The notes under the pieces are model-generated. The model was not told the origin of the DNA. It made no database searches and worked only from the letters and a program-made list of their open reading frames with translations. Shown piece after piece: positions 31,592 to 40,015 of a stretch of 64,000 nucleotides of DNA (the first letter of the stretch is position 1; every line of letters starts with the position of its first letter). Source of the stretch: a phage; sequence record PZ445439.1; one strand, 5' to 3'. The position numbers and the translations under genes are program-made.

Positions 31592-31744
31592 TCAATTAGT
31601 TGACTTTGTTATAATATCATCAGACGCTTGATTTGTAAACTGGTCTGTGGTATTTTCTTCAAAAATTTTTTCTACGAATTCCTTGAACGACTCACGTTCC
31701 TGAGCTACATTATGCTCGATTACTTTTTCAAGATTATGACTCAT
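31592..31744 (-). CDS. small acidic hypothetical protein, about 50 aa (below ORF-track cutoff)
   Basis: ATG overlapping arn stop (ATGA); open frame read by eye. Confidence 0.35.
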   Translation of the reverse strand: MSHNLEKVIEHNVAQERESFKEFVEKIFEENTTDQFTNQASDDIITKSTN

Positions 31745-32019
31745 TCGAAATAATCCTCAATTTCATAATCATGGACATAAATCATTATAGTTTTTAATAC
31801 ATCATCAATACTTTTTCCTGGAACTGGAATTACGTAGAAATATCCTGCTTTTGAGAGGTCTTTATAAGTTCCAATCAAGAAATCATTATTCTCAAGATGT
31901 AATTCTTCAACTAATTCATTAACAATTGAATGGTATAGGTTTGGTAGAAACTTATATAGCTTTTCTAGAATATCAATTTTGATTGTGTATTGAACCACAG
32001 ATTGAGAATCAATAATCAT
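31741..32019 (-). CDS. arn: Arn anti-restriction protein (McrBC inhibitor)
   Basis: 92 aa, matches recalled T4 Arn. Confidence 0.85.
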   Translation of the reverse strand: MIIDSQSVVQYTIKIDILEKLYKFLPNLYHSIVNELVEELHLENNDFLIGTYKDLSKAGYFYVIPVPGKSIDDVLKTIMIYVHDYEIEDYFE

Positions 32020-32102
32020 AGACCTTCCCCTTATGTTTCTGTTTGCGATTAGATTCTTTAAACGCTTTCTTCTTATCCTTATGAACAGAAGCTTTATTAA
32101 AA

Positions 32103-32321
32103 TTATGTTTTGCGACTAAATTGTTCATAGTGCTGAATTACCTCTCTTAAACATTTGCATGTGAATGAAAACTTTTTAGCTACACCACATTCAAATATAT
32201 GTTCTCTTAAATCACGTGTATCAGTATATCCCATCTCGACGATAAAGTGCCGTATTAGATTTTTATCTTTATCATTTAGAGAATTAAAATAATCAGATTT
32301 TGAATTAATTTCCCTGGCCAA
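32103..32321 (-). CDS. hypothetical protein, 72 aa (track start looks like TTG; true start uncertain)
   Basis: track ORF; no upstream in-frame ATG seen. Confidence 0.35.
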   Translation of the reverse strand: MAREINSKSDYFNSLNDKDKNLIRHFIVEMGYTDTRDLREHIFECGVAKKFSFTCKCLREVIQHYEQFSRKT

Positions 32322-32601
32322 GTTGAATCACCTTCAGTTGACGTTTTAGTTCTTTTATCATTTCTTCGTTCATCGCAATATAAAGATCGCGTAAAGCAGG
32401 TTTTAGCATTCCATTTACTGGAGAACTAAATGGGCACACATAATCTTTTCCTACGAGCTTTTTAGTGAATTCCATGTTACAGAACTGAAATGCCGGTTCA
32501 TTGGTATAAATTCCCCAATTAGTTGACATCATTTTATTAGCATATTCCAGAGCATTGATTTGATTCATAATTCCATCAATTTGAAACTTTTTAATATTCA
32601 T
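32305..32601 (-). CDS. hypothetical protein, 98 aa
   Basis: track ORF, ATG start. Confidence 0.45.
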   Translation of the reverse strand: MNIKKFQIDGIMNQINALEYANKMMSTNWGIYTNEPAFQFCNMEFTKKLVGKDYVCPFSSPVNGMLKPALRDLYIAMNEEMIKELKRQLKVIQLGQGN

Positions 32602-33062
32602 TAGTAAAGGTCCTCAGAGTAAAGTTCTTTTTCACTACCACCACGTTCAATACGTACTTGTCCAGCGTAAGTTGCAATAATCATTGCTTCTTCACGTGTC
32701 CAATAATTACTATATTGGTCAATAAACCCTTGGTCATCATCGCAAACTTGTTGAGTAACTAATTGAGGTTTAACTACATCTAAAACTTCTGCCATATCTT
32801 TAGAATAATGACGAGCACCTGGAATAATAAGAGTTCGTCCATCTTTTAATTTAAAACGATTAGCTGCACAGACAATTCGTCGTTGATACTTTTGGTTTTC
32901 ATCCCAGTACGCAGTCTGCCAACAGATTTCAGGAACTTCTTTCAGAATATCTTCTTCTGTGCATTTATAACCATGCGCTTTAAATTTTTGAACAAGGCTT
33001 TCCGGAGTCTCACGAGATAAAGGAACATTTAGCATTTTTAAACGATTGATAAATGGGTTCAT
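32601..33062 (-). CDS. hypothetical protein, 153 aa
   Basis: track ORF, ATG start. Confidence 0.5.
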   Translation of the reverse strand: MNPFINRLKMLNVPLSRETPESLVQKFKAHGYKCTEEDILKEVPEICWQTAYWDENQKYQRRIVCAANRFKLKDGRTLIIPGARHYSKDMAEVLDVVKPQLVTQQVCDDDQGFIDQYSNYWTREEAMIIATYAGQVRIERGGSEKELYSEDLY

Positions 33063-33388
33063 TTAAACCATCCTTTAATACGTTGCCACAAAGTTTTCTG
33101 TTGAGCTTTGTTGACACCAATTGATCGAATAACTGGTTGAGATTCCTGGAATTCTTTATAATCAGCAAGGTAAATTTCATAAGCTGCATCTGTAAAGGTA
33201 CTAATCGCTGCCATAAAGTTCTTGCGAATTCCCATAGAGGCTTCAGAACCACCACGGATGATTAAATATTTACCAGTCTTAATCTTTACGATACTTCCAA
33301 GATAAGCTCCATGATACCAGATATCCCAACCTTCTTGAGTAGGTTCTGCACAACGACGAAGTTCATTGATAATTTCTAACTTGTTCAT
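33059..33388 (-). CDS. hypothetical protein, 109 aa
   Basis: track ORF, ATG start. Confidence 0.5.
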   Translation of the reverse strand: MNKLEIINELRRCAEPTQEGWDIWYHGAYLGSIVKIKTGKYLIIRGGSEASMGIRKNFMAAISTFTDAAYEIYLADYKEFQESQPVIRSIGVNKAQQKTLWQRIKGWFK

Positions 33389-33398
33389 TATTTATTCC

Positions 33399-34034
33399 TC
33401 ACAGTTCAGATGCTACAGTGACTACTGCTTCAATGTTTTCTTCCGAGCGTTTAATGTCAAGATACACATTACCGTTTTTAGCGATTTTACATGACATTCC
33501 GATGTCAGTAAATTTCTGAATATGATGTTCCATCATTTTGTATCCAAAAATTCGCATATTTCCATTGTTGTTAATTTCAAAATTACGAATTCCGTGAGTG
33601 CGTTTTTCTAAAATAGCGAGATAGTTACTGCGATAAGTTTCAACCTTTTTAAGAACAAATCCATTTTCATCTAAAAGTTTTAACATGAAGTCTTTATCTT
33701 CTTCCATATCAGAAGTAATCTCACGAGCTTTACGAGTTGCTCGTTTTTTCAGCAGTTCCGGAGCATTTTCTTGTGCGTATAAAGTTGCTGCATTTGAAAT
33801 AATATCCTGAGCTTCACCAGTAATGATTAATCCATCACCAGATTTCTCCACTAGGCCTTTTTTAATCAATACCCCAATATTACTATTAACTACTGCATTA
33901 CCTAAATCTGGATGCACCTCACGAACTTCTGCAGCTGTAATAAAATCTTTCTTAGCAATAGTAATTAAAATTGCAGCAGTTTTTTCATTCAGAACATCGT
34001 TAGAAGCTTTGATGATGTAAGTTACTTTAGACAT
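33399..34034 (-). CDS. motA: MotA middle-transcription activator
   Basis: 211 aa, matches recalled T4 MotA. Confidence 0.9.
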   Translation of the reverse strand: MSKVTYIIKASNDVLNEKTAAILITIAKKDFITAAEVREVHPDLGNAVVNSNIGVLIKKGLVEKSGDGLIITGEAQDIISNAATLYAQENAPELLKKRATRKAREITSDMEEDKDFMLKLLDENGFVLKKVETYRSNYLAILEKRTHGIRNFEINNNGNMRIFGYKMMEHHIQKFTDIGMSCKIAKNGNVYLDIKRSEENIEAVVTVASEL

Positions 34035-34083
34035 TTTCTAATCTCCGTAATTCTGTATCAGTAGTTGATAGTTGTATAGTACC

Positions 34084-34105
34084 ATAGTATGCTTTGGTTG
34101 TAAAC
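34084..34105 (-). promoter_or_regulatory. early-type promoter candidate upstream of motA
   Basis: GTTTAC then about 18 nt then TACTAT. Confidence 0.35.
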
Positions 34106-34130
34106 CGTTTTGTGAAAAAATTTTTGAAAT

Positions 34131-34156
34131 AAAAAAGGGAGAGCCTCGGCTCTCCC
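34131..34156 (-). terminator. intrinsic terminator (9 bp inverted repeat GGGAGAGCC/GGCUCUCCC then U tract)
   Basis: perfect palindrome followed by U run on minus-strand RNA, just after small ORF 34162..34311. Confidence 0.5.
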
Positions 34157-34161
34157 TAAAA

Positions 34162-34311
34162 TTACTGCATGACTGTGATAACTGTCATGATAACACGTTG
34201 AATTCCGAATGCAAGAAGACCTCCTGCTACGGCTGGAACAACACCTAAACCCGCCAGTAAAATGCTACCAGATACTAATGCAGCGCTTGTGATACCAATG
34301 AATGGACTCAT
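34162..34311 (-). CDS. small hydrophobic membrane peptide, about 49 aa (below ORF-track cutoff)
   Basis: ATG overlapping gene 52 stop (ATGA); Gly/Ala/Val-rich TM-like sequence; followed by terminator. Confidence 0.4.
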   Translation of the reverse strand: MSPFIGITSAALVSGSILLAGLGVVPAVAGGLLAFGIQRVIMTVITVMQ

Positions 34312-35636
34312 TTGATTTCCTCTAAATCTTTAGTGTATTCTGTAACTACATCAGTAGTTTTCCAATATTCGTTTTCTTCTTTTTTAGCTTTAGCTTCTTC
34401 AGCAAGTTTCTTTGCTTCGTCGGAAGTCATATGAAAAATGTTCATTCCAACTAGTTTATCAACATAAGAAGAATACATATCAATTTTAGAAAGTTCTTCG
34501 GTCAGTTCTTTACGAGTTTTACCTTGTACAACAATTTCACCTGAAATTACTTTCTTAATGAAATGTGCCTTGGCAAAGGCTAAACGAAATGCCGATTCAG
34601 TTTCTTTGATTTTGTTATCAATTCGTTTTTGGACATAAGTTTTACGAACTTCAACGAAGTCTTTGATTAAATCAACTACGTTATCGTAAACTTGTAGTTT
34701 TCCTTTCTCATTAATAACCGTAATATTCTGAGAACGACGCTCAATCAACCCGAAGTCTTTCATAATTTTTGCATGGCGTTCTTCTTCATTATCGCTCAAA
34801 GAATATTCTTTGCGGAATTTAACTTTGAATCCAAAACCGTGCTCACCGCAAGCATCATCCCATGTAATGAAGCCTTTATCTTCAAGTGGGTCTAAGATTT
34901 TACTCACATAAGTTTCACGATCATACTTATATGGAATCTCAGTGATATGCATTTGAGTTCGTGAAGTAAACTTATATGTTCCACGAATTTCATACTGCCC
35001 ATCAATTTCAACAACTTCACCACGAAATTCTGGGAATTCTACCTTCGGTTTAGTTACTCTCTTTCCTTGAAGAGCTTGCAGTACAGCTTTCTTAACAGAA
35101 GAAACGCTATGAGGAAGAATGTAAGTTGCATAACCAGTTGCAATACCGGAAACGCCATTAAGAAGAACAGTAGGAATAATAGGCAAATAGAAAGCAGGCG
35201 GAATGTGTTCTTTATCTTGATGTACCGGAGCATATTCAGTATCTTTATATACGTTATAGAAATTTTTACTTACACGAGCAAAAATATAACGACTTGCTGC
35301 TGCTTTTTGGACGGTACGAGAACCAAAGTTTCCTTGACCATCTAACAGAGGAAAGTTATTATTCCAAGTGTTAGCCATCAAAGCACCTGCGTCTTGCGCA
35401 GAGTTTTCACCATGATGATATCCAAGGTCCGCTACACCACCTGCAATAGAAGCGAGTTTGTGAAACTTATCTTTATTTCCTCGTGCCAAATCAAGAGCTC
35501 GAGCAATAACAAATCGTTGAACTGGCTTAAATCCGTCAATCATATTTGGGATAGCACGATTTTCAACCGTGTACATAGCATAAGCCAATGCTTCATTATC
35601 AATGATACTTTTTAAATCGCGATTATTCAGTTGCAT
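34308..35636 (-). CDS. 52: gp52 DNA topoisomerase II medium subunit
   Basis: 442 aa, GyrA-like N-terminal region, size as T4 gp52. Confidence 0.9.
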   Translation of the reverse strand: MQLNNRDLKSIIDNEALAYAMYTVENRAIPNMIDGFKPVQRFVIARALDLARGNKDKFHKLASIAGGVADLGYHHGENSAQDAGALMANTWNNNFPLLDGQGNFGSRTVQKAAASRYIFARVSKNFYNVYKDTEYAPVHQDKEHIPPAFYLPIIPTVLLNGVSGIATGYATYILPHSVSSVKKAVLQALQGKRVTKPKVEFPEFRGEVVEIDGQYEIRGTYKFTSRTQMHITEIPYKYDRETYVSKILDPLEDKGFITWDDACGEHGFGFKVKFRKEYSLSDNEEERHAKIMKDFGLIERRSQNITVINEKGKLQVYDNVVDLIKDFVEVRKTYVQKRIDNKIKETESAFRLAFAKAHFIKKVISGEIVVQGKTRKELTEELSKIDMYSSYVDKLVGMNIFHMTSDEAKKLAEEAKAKKEENEYWKTTDVVTEYTKDLEEIK

Positions 35637-35640
35637 AAAT

Positions 35641-35781
35641 TTACCATACTAGTGAATGTAGTGCCATAATAACATCAGAAATGAAAAGCACGACTTGAAT
35701 TAATCCGAACATTACTCCATAATATAGTGCTACCAATAAAGCAGCAAGGGCTAATGAATAGCCCAAGATTTTCTTAATCAT
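35641..35781 (-). CDS. small hydrophobic peptide, about 46 aa (below ORF-track cutoff)
   Basis: open frame with ATG read by eye; TM-like. Confidence 0.35.
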   Translation of the reverse strand: MIKKILGYSLALAALLVALYYGVMFGLIQVVLFISDVIMALHSLVW

Positions 35782-35932
35782 TAGTAGATAACAACACAAA
35801 TGTTAAATATGCACACATACCCTGAGCTAAAGCTTGCGAAAACACACTGCTGGCATCAATACAGATAGTTAAAACACATGCTACTATCCAACAAATAAAT
35901 GAAATAACTCCTAATAATTTTGCGATATTCAT
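35774..35932 (-). CDS. ac: small membrane peptide, about 52 aa, at the ac (acriflavine-resistance) position
   Basis: size and position match my recollection of T4 ac; hydrophobic. Confidence 0.45.
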   Translation of the reverse strand: MNIAKLLGVISFICWIVACVLTICIDASSVFSQALAQGMCAYLTFVLLSTND

Positions 35933-35939
35933 ATTTTCC

Positions 35940-36020
35940 TCACTGGCGTCCGAAGACGCCTTTAGTTTTAAGATTATTACGATAGAACTGCATCACGTGT
36001 TCGTTGTGGAAATTACTCAT
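35940..36020 (-). CDS. stp: Stp peptide (26 aa)
   Basis: translation [26 protein letters not shown] matches recalled T4 Stp; ATG shares one base with ndd stop. Confidence 0.7.
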
Positions 36021-36478
36021 TAATATGCCTGCAAAACAAATTTAAAGTTATCAGCCAACATACGGTTAATTTCTTCAAGTGTTTGATACTCAGAATGATG
36101 ATTACGAGTAAACGCTAAAGCTAACTGTCCTTTTCCAAATCCCGTCGTCAGAGGTTTCATCTTAGAAGCAGGCAGATAAAATACTGTGTATGGAACATTG
36201 TTATTTGCAATAGTACGTGCAAGCTGAGACCGACGTTGACGAATATGACTTAGAACTGCGCTGAATCCTTGCTTAGAACGTTGATTACCTACATAAAATC
36301 GTGCAGACACACATGGATTACTAAATGGACGACCATCTAATTTACTTACTAAAAAGTAAAATCCAGGTTTAGATAAAATATCTTTATGTGGAACTCCCAA
36401 AAACCATTCACCACCCTTGATTGTACCAATAACAGTTGCGCCTGCATTGTTCAGATCAGTAACAGTCATATATTTCAT
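36020..36478 (-). CDS. ndd: Ndd nucleoid disruption protein
   Basis: about 152 aa from internal Met (MKYMTVTDL..), matches recalled T4 Ndd. Confidence 0.85.
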
Positions 36479-36538
36479 ATTAATTTCCTCTAAATTATTT
36501 TCTACTCCAAGGCCGCATGAATACACACGGCCATTAAA

Positions 36539-36754
36539 TTAATCGTCGCAGTCGACGCTCAATTCCCAAAACTCTTCTACGGTATAAGTTTCAGTATCAT
36601 TTTCAATACAGAAACGTTCATTACTGTTATTTGCTAAAGTAGCGTTAACTGTCATTTTTTCGATAGTGCTCTTAAGAGGTGAAATACGAATTAACTGATC
36701 ACCGTTATCTAAACAAAAAATTTCACCAACTTTTACATCTTTAAAACTTTTCAT
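36539..36754 (-). CDS. hypothetical protein, 71 aa
   Basis: track ORF, ATG start. Confidence 0.45.
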   Translation of the reverse strand: MKSFKDVKVGEIFCLDNGDQLIRISPLKSTIEKMTVNATLANNSNERFCIENDTETYTVEEFWELSVDCDD

Positions 36755-36869
36755 AATTCACCTCAAGGAGTATAAAATCCGAATGCAGTTGTTGACCATC
36801 CCATCCAATGCGGAAAATTTGCGCCAATGTAAAACATAAGAATATAAAACCAACCGCTCAGCAAATTCA

Positions 36870-37067
36870 TTATTTTACACCATTCCAAATTGTTTCAACC
36901 ACGGATTTTAAACCATTCTGGTGAATATCAATTCCGACTACTGTCATCAAATAGATTCCAACTACAACTGAACCTAATGCAAAAATCAGCATGAAAATGA
37001 ATAAAGCCGGAAAAATATTATCGAAAAACCATTCAATAAATGTAAAAGCACTGCGTTTACGCTTCAT
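36870..37067 (-). CDS. small membrane protein, about 65 aa (internal Met start)
   Basis: GAGGAAAAT-ATG site at internal Met; hydrophobic core. Confidence 0.4.
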   Translation of the reverse strand: MKRKRSAFTFIEWFFDNIFPALFIFMLIFALGSVVVGIYLMTVVGIDIHQNGLKSVVETIWNGVK

Positions 37068-37074
37068 ATTTTCC

Positions 37075-37188
37075 TCACATAAATCCAAAGTAAGCGTTTA
37101 ATACATCAATCATTAAAACGATTGGGAATATACTCAAAACTACTAGTATTATAACTACATTCCATATAGCTTTAACAATCTTTTTCAT
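37075..37188 (-). CDS. small membrane peptide, about 37 aa (internal Met of track ORF 37075..37323)
   Basis: GGAGGAACAGAAA-ATG site; single TM helix; an early-type promoter lies within the upstream track extension. Confidence 0.35.
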   Translation of the reverse strand: MKKIVKAIWNVVIILVVLSIFPIVLMIDVLNAYFGFM

Positions 37189-37216
37189 TTTCTGTTCCTC
37201 CGTAGTTGATAGGGTA

Positions 37217-37246
37217 ATAGTACCACAGAGGAACAGTCTTGTAAAC
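37217..37246 (-). promoter_or_regulatory. early-type promoter candidate (GTTTAC, 18 nt, TACTAT)
   Basis: motif pair plus conserved downstream CCTATCAACT element. Confidence 0.35.
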
Positions 37247-37431
37247 AACTTTTTTAAAAATATTCGTAATAAATGTGAATACCAATCACTACTGCCGAAA
37301 CTTGCGCAACCCACCATGCACAAGCAATAAGTACAGAATTCAAAATTTTCATAATAACCTCATCACAAAAGTAAATGTTAAACAAATTAATGGAATACTA
37401 ATTAACCAAACAAAACACCACCATAATGAAC

Positions 37432-37695
37432 TCATAATTCAATCTCAGCGATTTTCATTTCATTACTATTAATAGCCTCTTTAAGACTATCTAAAAGAAT
37501 TACATTCCAGTGGTCATTCATATGACCATTAACTAAGCGTGTAATTTCTTCAGGAGTTGAAAAATAAGGCTGATCAGACTCCCAGTGCGATAATCCTAAG
37601 CGGGTATAAATCATACCTTCATCATCACTAGAATATTCAACTGACACAAACTCATCAGTTGTTTTATGTTTAGCGTAATAAAATTTAAATTTCAT
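37432..37695 (-). CDS. hypothetical protein, about 87 aa (internal Met start)
   Basis: track ORF begins at upstream non-ATG codon; ATG at Met-4. Confidence 0.45.
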   Translation of the reverse strand: MKFKFYYAKHKTTDEFVSVEYSSDDEGMIYTRLGLSHWESDQPYFSTPEEITRLVNGHMNDHWNVILLDSLKEAINSNEMKIAEIEL

Positions 37696-37700
37696 TTTAT

Positions 37701-37907
37701 TCAATAATCCGCTAAAAGATCGACGATTGCATCACGAAGACATTTATTCGCAATACGTTTAAGAGCAATTTCAGTTTCAGGCGCATTTCGAATAATCATT
37801 GAATTCAATTCAGCTTCGGCAAACTGAAGTTCTTTGACTAATTCAGCTTTATATTTTCCTTGACCTTTCTTAGCTTTTGCTCGTTTTAATTCAGCTGTAG
37901 TAAACAT
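37701..37907 (-). CDS. hypothetical basic protein, about 68 aa (internal Met start)
   Basis: ATG downstream of promoter candidate 37942..37971. Confidence 0.4.
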   Translation of the reverse strand: MFTTAELKRAKAKKGQGKYKAELVKELQFAEAELNSMIIRNAPETEIALKRIANKCLRDAIVDLLADY

Positions 37908-37941
37908 TTTGTTCTCCAAATCCGTATCAGTTGATAGGGTA

Positions 37942-37971
37942 ATAGTACCACAGTCCTTGTGGTATGTAAAC
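37942..37971 (-). promoter_or_regulatory. early-type promoter candidate (GTTTAC, 18 nt, TACTAT)
   Basis: near-duplicate of the 37217..37246 element, including the 25 bp AGTTGATAGGGTAATAGTACCACAG repeat. Confidence 0.35.
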
Positions 37972-37987
37972 CATTTTGTGAAAATTT

Positions 37988-38545
37988 TTAAATGGAAAGA
38001 TACCATCCGTTGTAGTTACTTTTTCTTACAACCTTACGAAGGTCTTCTCTATCACCAATGAACTTCGGAGTGTACTGGATGACACCTGGATGAATTTCTT
38101 TAGTGTTGAATATAATTATACAGTCTGCGACCTGATGATTCAGAATGGGCCCTAGATTTATTCCAGAACCGTATGGATACTCTCCACTGCATCCTGTTGT
38201 TACCGAAATCCAACGAGAGTCAGTTTGATGTGTTTTGACTTCTACTCGAAGCCCGCAGTATTTTGGATGTGCCAAAACATCCCATGCATATGTATACGGG
38301 TCATCGACATCTTCTTGACCTTTGTTAACATATCCACTTAACCAATCTGCTACAACATACTCGGCATACACTGCGATACGGCATCTTTCGATAACTTCTG
38401 CCTTATCCTGATTTGGATTTTGCTTTAAAGAATATCTCGCAGTATCAGCAATTTTGACCTTCATTTCACTAGTCAAGTCACCGTTCGATAGGGTAAATGT
38501 CGGAATCTGAAATAGTCTCTGTAACCCCGGATTCGTTTTCTGCAT
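37988..38545 (-). CDS. denB: endonuclease IV-like protein (denB position)
   Basis: 185 aa, size and position between ndd and rIIB as T4 denB; sequence not verified from memory. Confidence 0.6.
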   Translation of the reverse strand: MQKTNPGLQRLFQIPTFTLSNGDLTSEMKVKIADTARYSLKQNPNQDKAEVIERCRIAVYAEYVVADWLSGYVNKGQEDVDDPYTYAWDVLAHPKYCGLRVEVKTHQTDSRWISVTTGCSGEYPYGSGINLGPILNHQVADCIIIFNTKEIHPGVIQYTPKFIGDREDLRKVVRKSNYNGWYLSI

Positions 38546-38807
38546 TTAGACTTTCCTTTTTACCACTAAGATAAGCGTTATACACTTTAAGAGTACCATA
38601 GTAAATTCGATCATTTTCATCTAAAGAATTATGATCAAGTTCATCGAGTTCCTTTTTATCCATGACTATAACATCATTACAGTAAAGAAACCCAAGTTTT
38701 TCGTGACCAAACTCAAATTTATTGCAGTACACAATGTTAGCGTGATGATTTCCGTGTAGTTTAATCTCTTTTATGTCGGAATCACCGATATTCATACAAT
38801 AAATCAT
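38478..38807 (-). CDS. hypothetical protein, 109 aa (3' end overlaps denB-like ORF by about 68 nt)
   Basis: track ORF, ATG start; unusually long overlap lowers confidence. Confidence 0.35.
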   Translation of the reverse strand: MIYCMNIGDSDIKEIKLHGNHHANIVYCNKFEFGHEKLGFLYCNDVIVMDKKELDELDHNSLDENDRIYYGTLKVYNAYLSGKKESLNAENESGVTETISDSDIYPIER

Positions 38808-38820
38808 AATTCACCTTAAA

Positions 38821-38840
38821 ACAAAAGGGCCGAAGCCCTT
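38821..38840 (-). terminator. intrinsic terminator (AAGGGC-UUCG-GCCCUU then UUUUGUUUU)
   Basis: hairpin and U tract immediately after stop of ORF 38839..39033. Confidence 0.5.
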
Positions 38841-38854
38841 ATTTAAATTGTTCA
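38825..38854. repeat. direct repeat copy A (about 30 bp: hairpin plus ..EQFK-encoding 3' end)
   Basis: AAGGGCCGAAGCCCTTATTTAAATTGTTCA, same sequence as 39051..39080. Confidence 0.6.
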
Positions 38855-39033
38855 ATTCTTTTCTCTAGACATTCAGCATAAGATTTCATTGAGATAAACT
38901 GTGAAAGCAGTAATTCTTGTTCAACTTCATTAACCGTTAGAAACTTCGTGCTTTCTAAAAATTTGCCCAGTGCATTAATTTTGAGCATTAATTGTTCGTA
39001 TTCTTCTTTTACTCGTGCTTGATAACCTAGCAT
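38839..39033 (-). CDS. hypothetical protein, 64 aa, between denB-like gene and rIIB
   Basis: track ORF, ATG start with AAGGA site; C-terminus ..EQFK shared with rIIB through the direct repeat. Confidence 0.45.
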   Translation of the reverse strand: MLGYQARVKEEYEQLMLKINALGKFLESTKFLTVNEVEQELLLSQFISMKSYAECLEKRIEQFK

Positions 39034-39050
39034 AATTTTCCTTAGTATGA

Positions 39051-39080
39051 TAAGGGCCGAAGCCCTTATTTAAATTGTTC
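39051..39080. repeat. direct repeat copy B (3' end of rIIB plus hairpin)
   Basis: same about 30 bp as 38825..38854. Confidence 0.6.
39052..39067 (-). terminator. hairpin after rIIB (AAGGGC-UUCG-GCCCUU) without a clear U tract
   Basis: same hairpin as copy A but followed by AUCAUAC, so termination is probably weak. Confidence 0.4.
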
Positions 39081-40004
39081 AGTAACGTCTTCAACTACTT
39101 CGTATTGGCAGGTACGCATTTTAGCATCGTTGTAATCAATCGGAATTGATACTACATCACGAGGATGTACTTTAACTTTTACAACTCGACTGGTTGAACT
39201 ACCGAAGTGACGAATATAAGATTTAGAACACACATGCAGACCGCGAGAACAAGTTTGTGTATCATCATCATTCACACGAGTACGTGGCATTTTAACTACT
39301 TTACCCGGACTGTTATCAAAGGTATTTGAGTGACAGTCAAAGTAATTGCTGCGAACTACTTTCCAAGCATAGAAGTAACCATCTTCTGTAATTTCAATAT
39401 CGTTTGCTACCAAGAAATCAAAGAGTCGAGATACCGCTTTTTGGCTCGGGTTTTCTAACAGATTTTCCAAGAACGGAAAATAGAATTCAAAGTTTTCGCC
39501 TTTTTCCATCGAATCAAGAATACGATCAACCAAACCAGACCGCAATTCAATATTTTGATAGAACAAGCTTCCACCTTCAATTCGAACATCACCGGAAATA
39601 TATTTTTCAACGGCGCGACGAACATTAATTTTTTGTGCTGCTTCTTCCAACTTATCAGCTACGAGCAGATTAAGAATTTCCTGGAAGTTTGAATGAGTGT
39701 TAGGAGTTGCGTTATAAGTTACACCATCAACAGTAATTGAAATGAATTTTTTAGAAGCATTCCAAATGATGTCAGATTTAGCAACTGGAGCAATAGCTAC
39801 ATCGCTATTAACTTTAACTGTAATGTCACCGCTAATAGTAACTTTAGAGCGTTCAGCTTCTTCAGCATTTTTTAAAACACGACGGATTGTGTCAACCGAT
39901 ACACCCTTCCAATCAGCCAGTTCCTGCTGAGTATAATTACCACTTGAATACAGTTTAACGATTTCAGCTTGTTCGTTTTTGGTCAGGCATTTAATATTGT
40001 ACAT
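39066..40004 (-). CDS. rIIB: RIIB
   Basis: 312 aa, size and position as T4 rIIB, directly downstream of rIIA. Confidence 0.85.
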   Translation of the reverse strand: MYNIKCLTKNEQAEIVKLYSSGNYTQQELADWKGVSVDTIRRVLKNAEEAERSKVTISGDITVKVNSDVAIAPVAKSDIIWNASKKFISITVDGVTYNATPNTHSNFQEILNLLVADKLEEAAQKINVRRAVEKYISGDVRIEGGSLFYQNIELRSGLVDRILDSMEKGENFEFYFPFLENLLENPSQKAVSRLFDFLVANDIEITEDGYFYAWKVVRSNYFDCHSNTFDNSPGKVVKMPRTRVNDDDTQTCSRGLHVCSKSYIRHFGSSTSRVVKVKVHPRDVVSIPIDYNDAKMRTCQYEVVEDVTEQFK

Positions 40005-40015
40005 AATTTTCCTTA

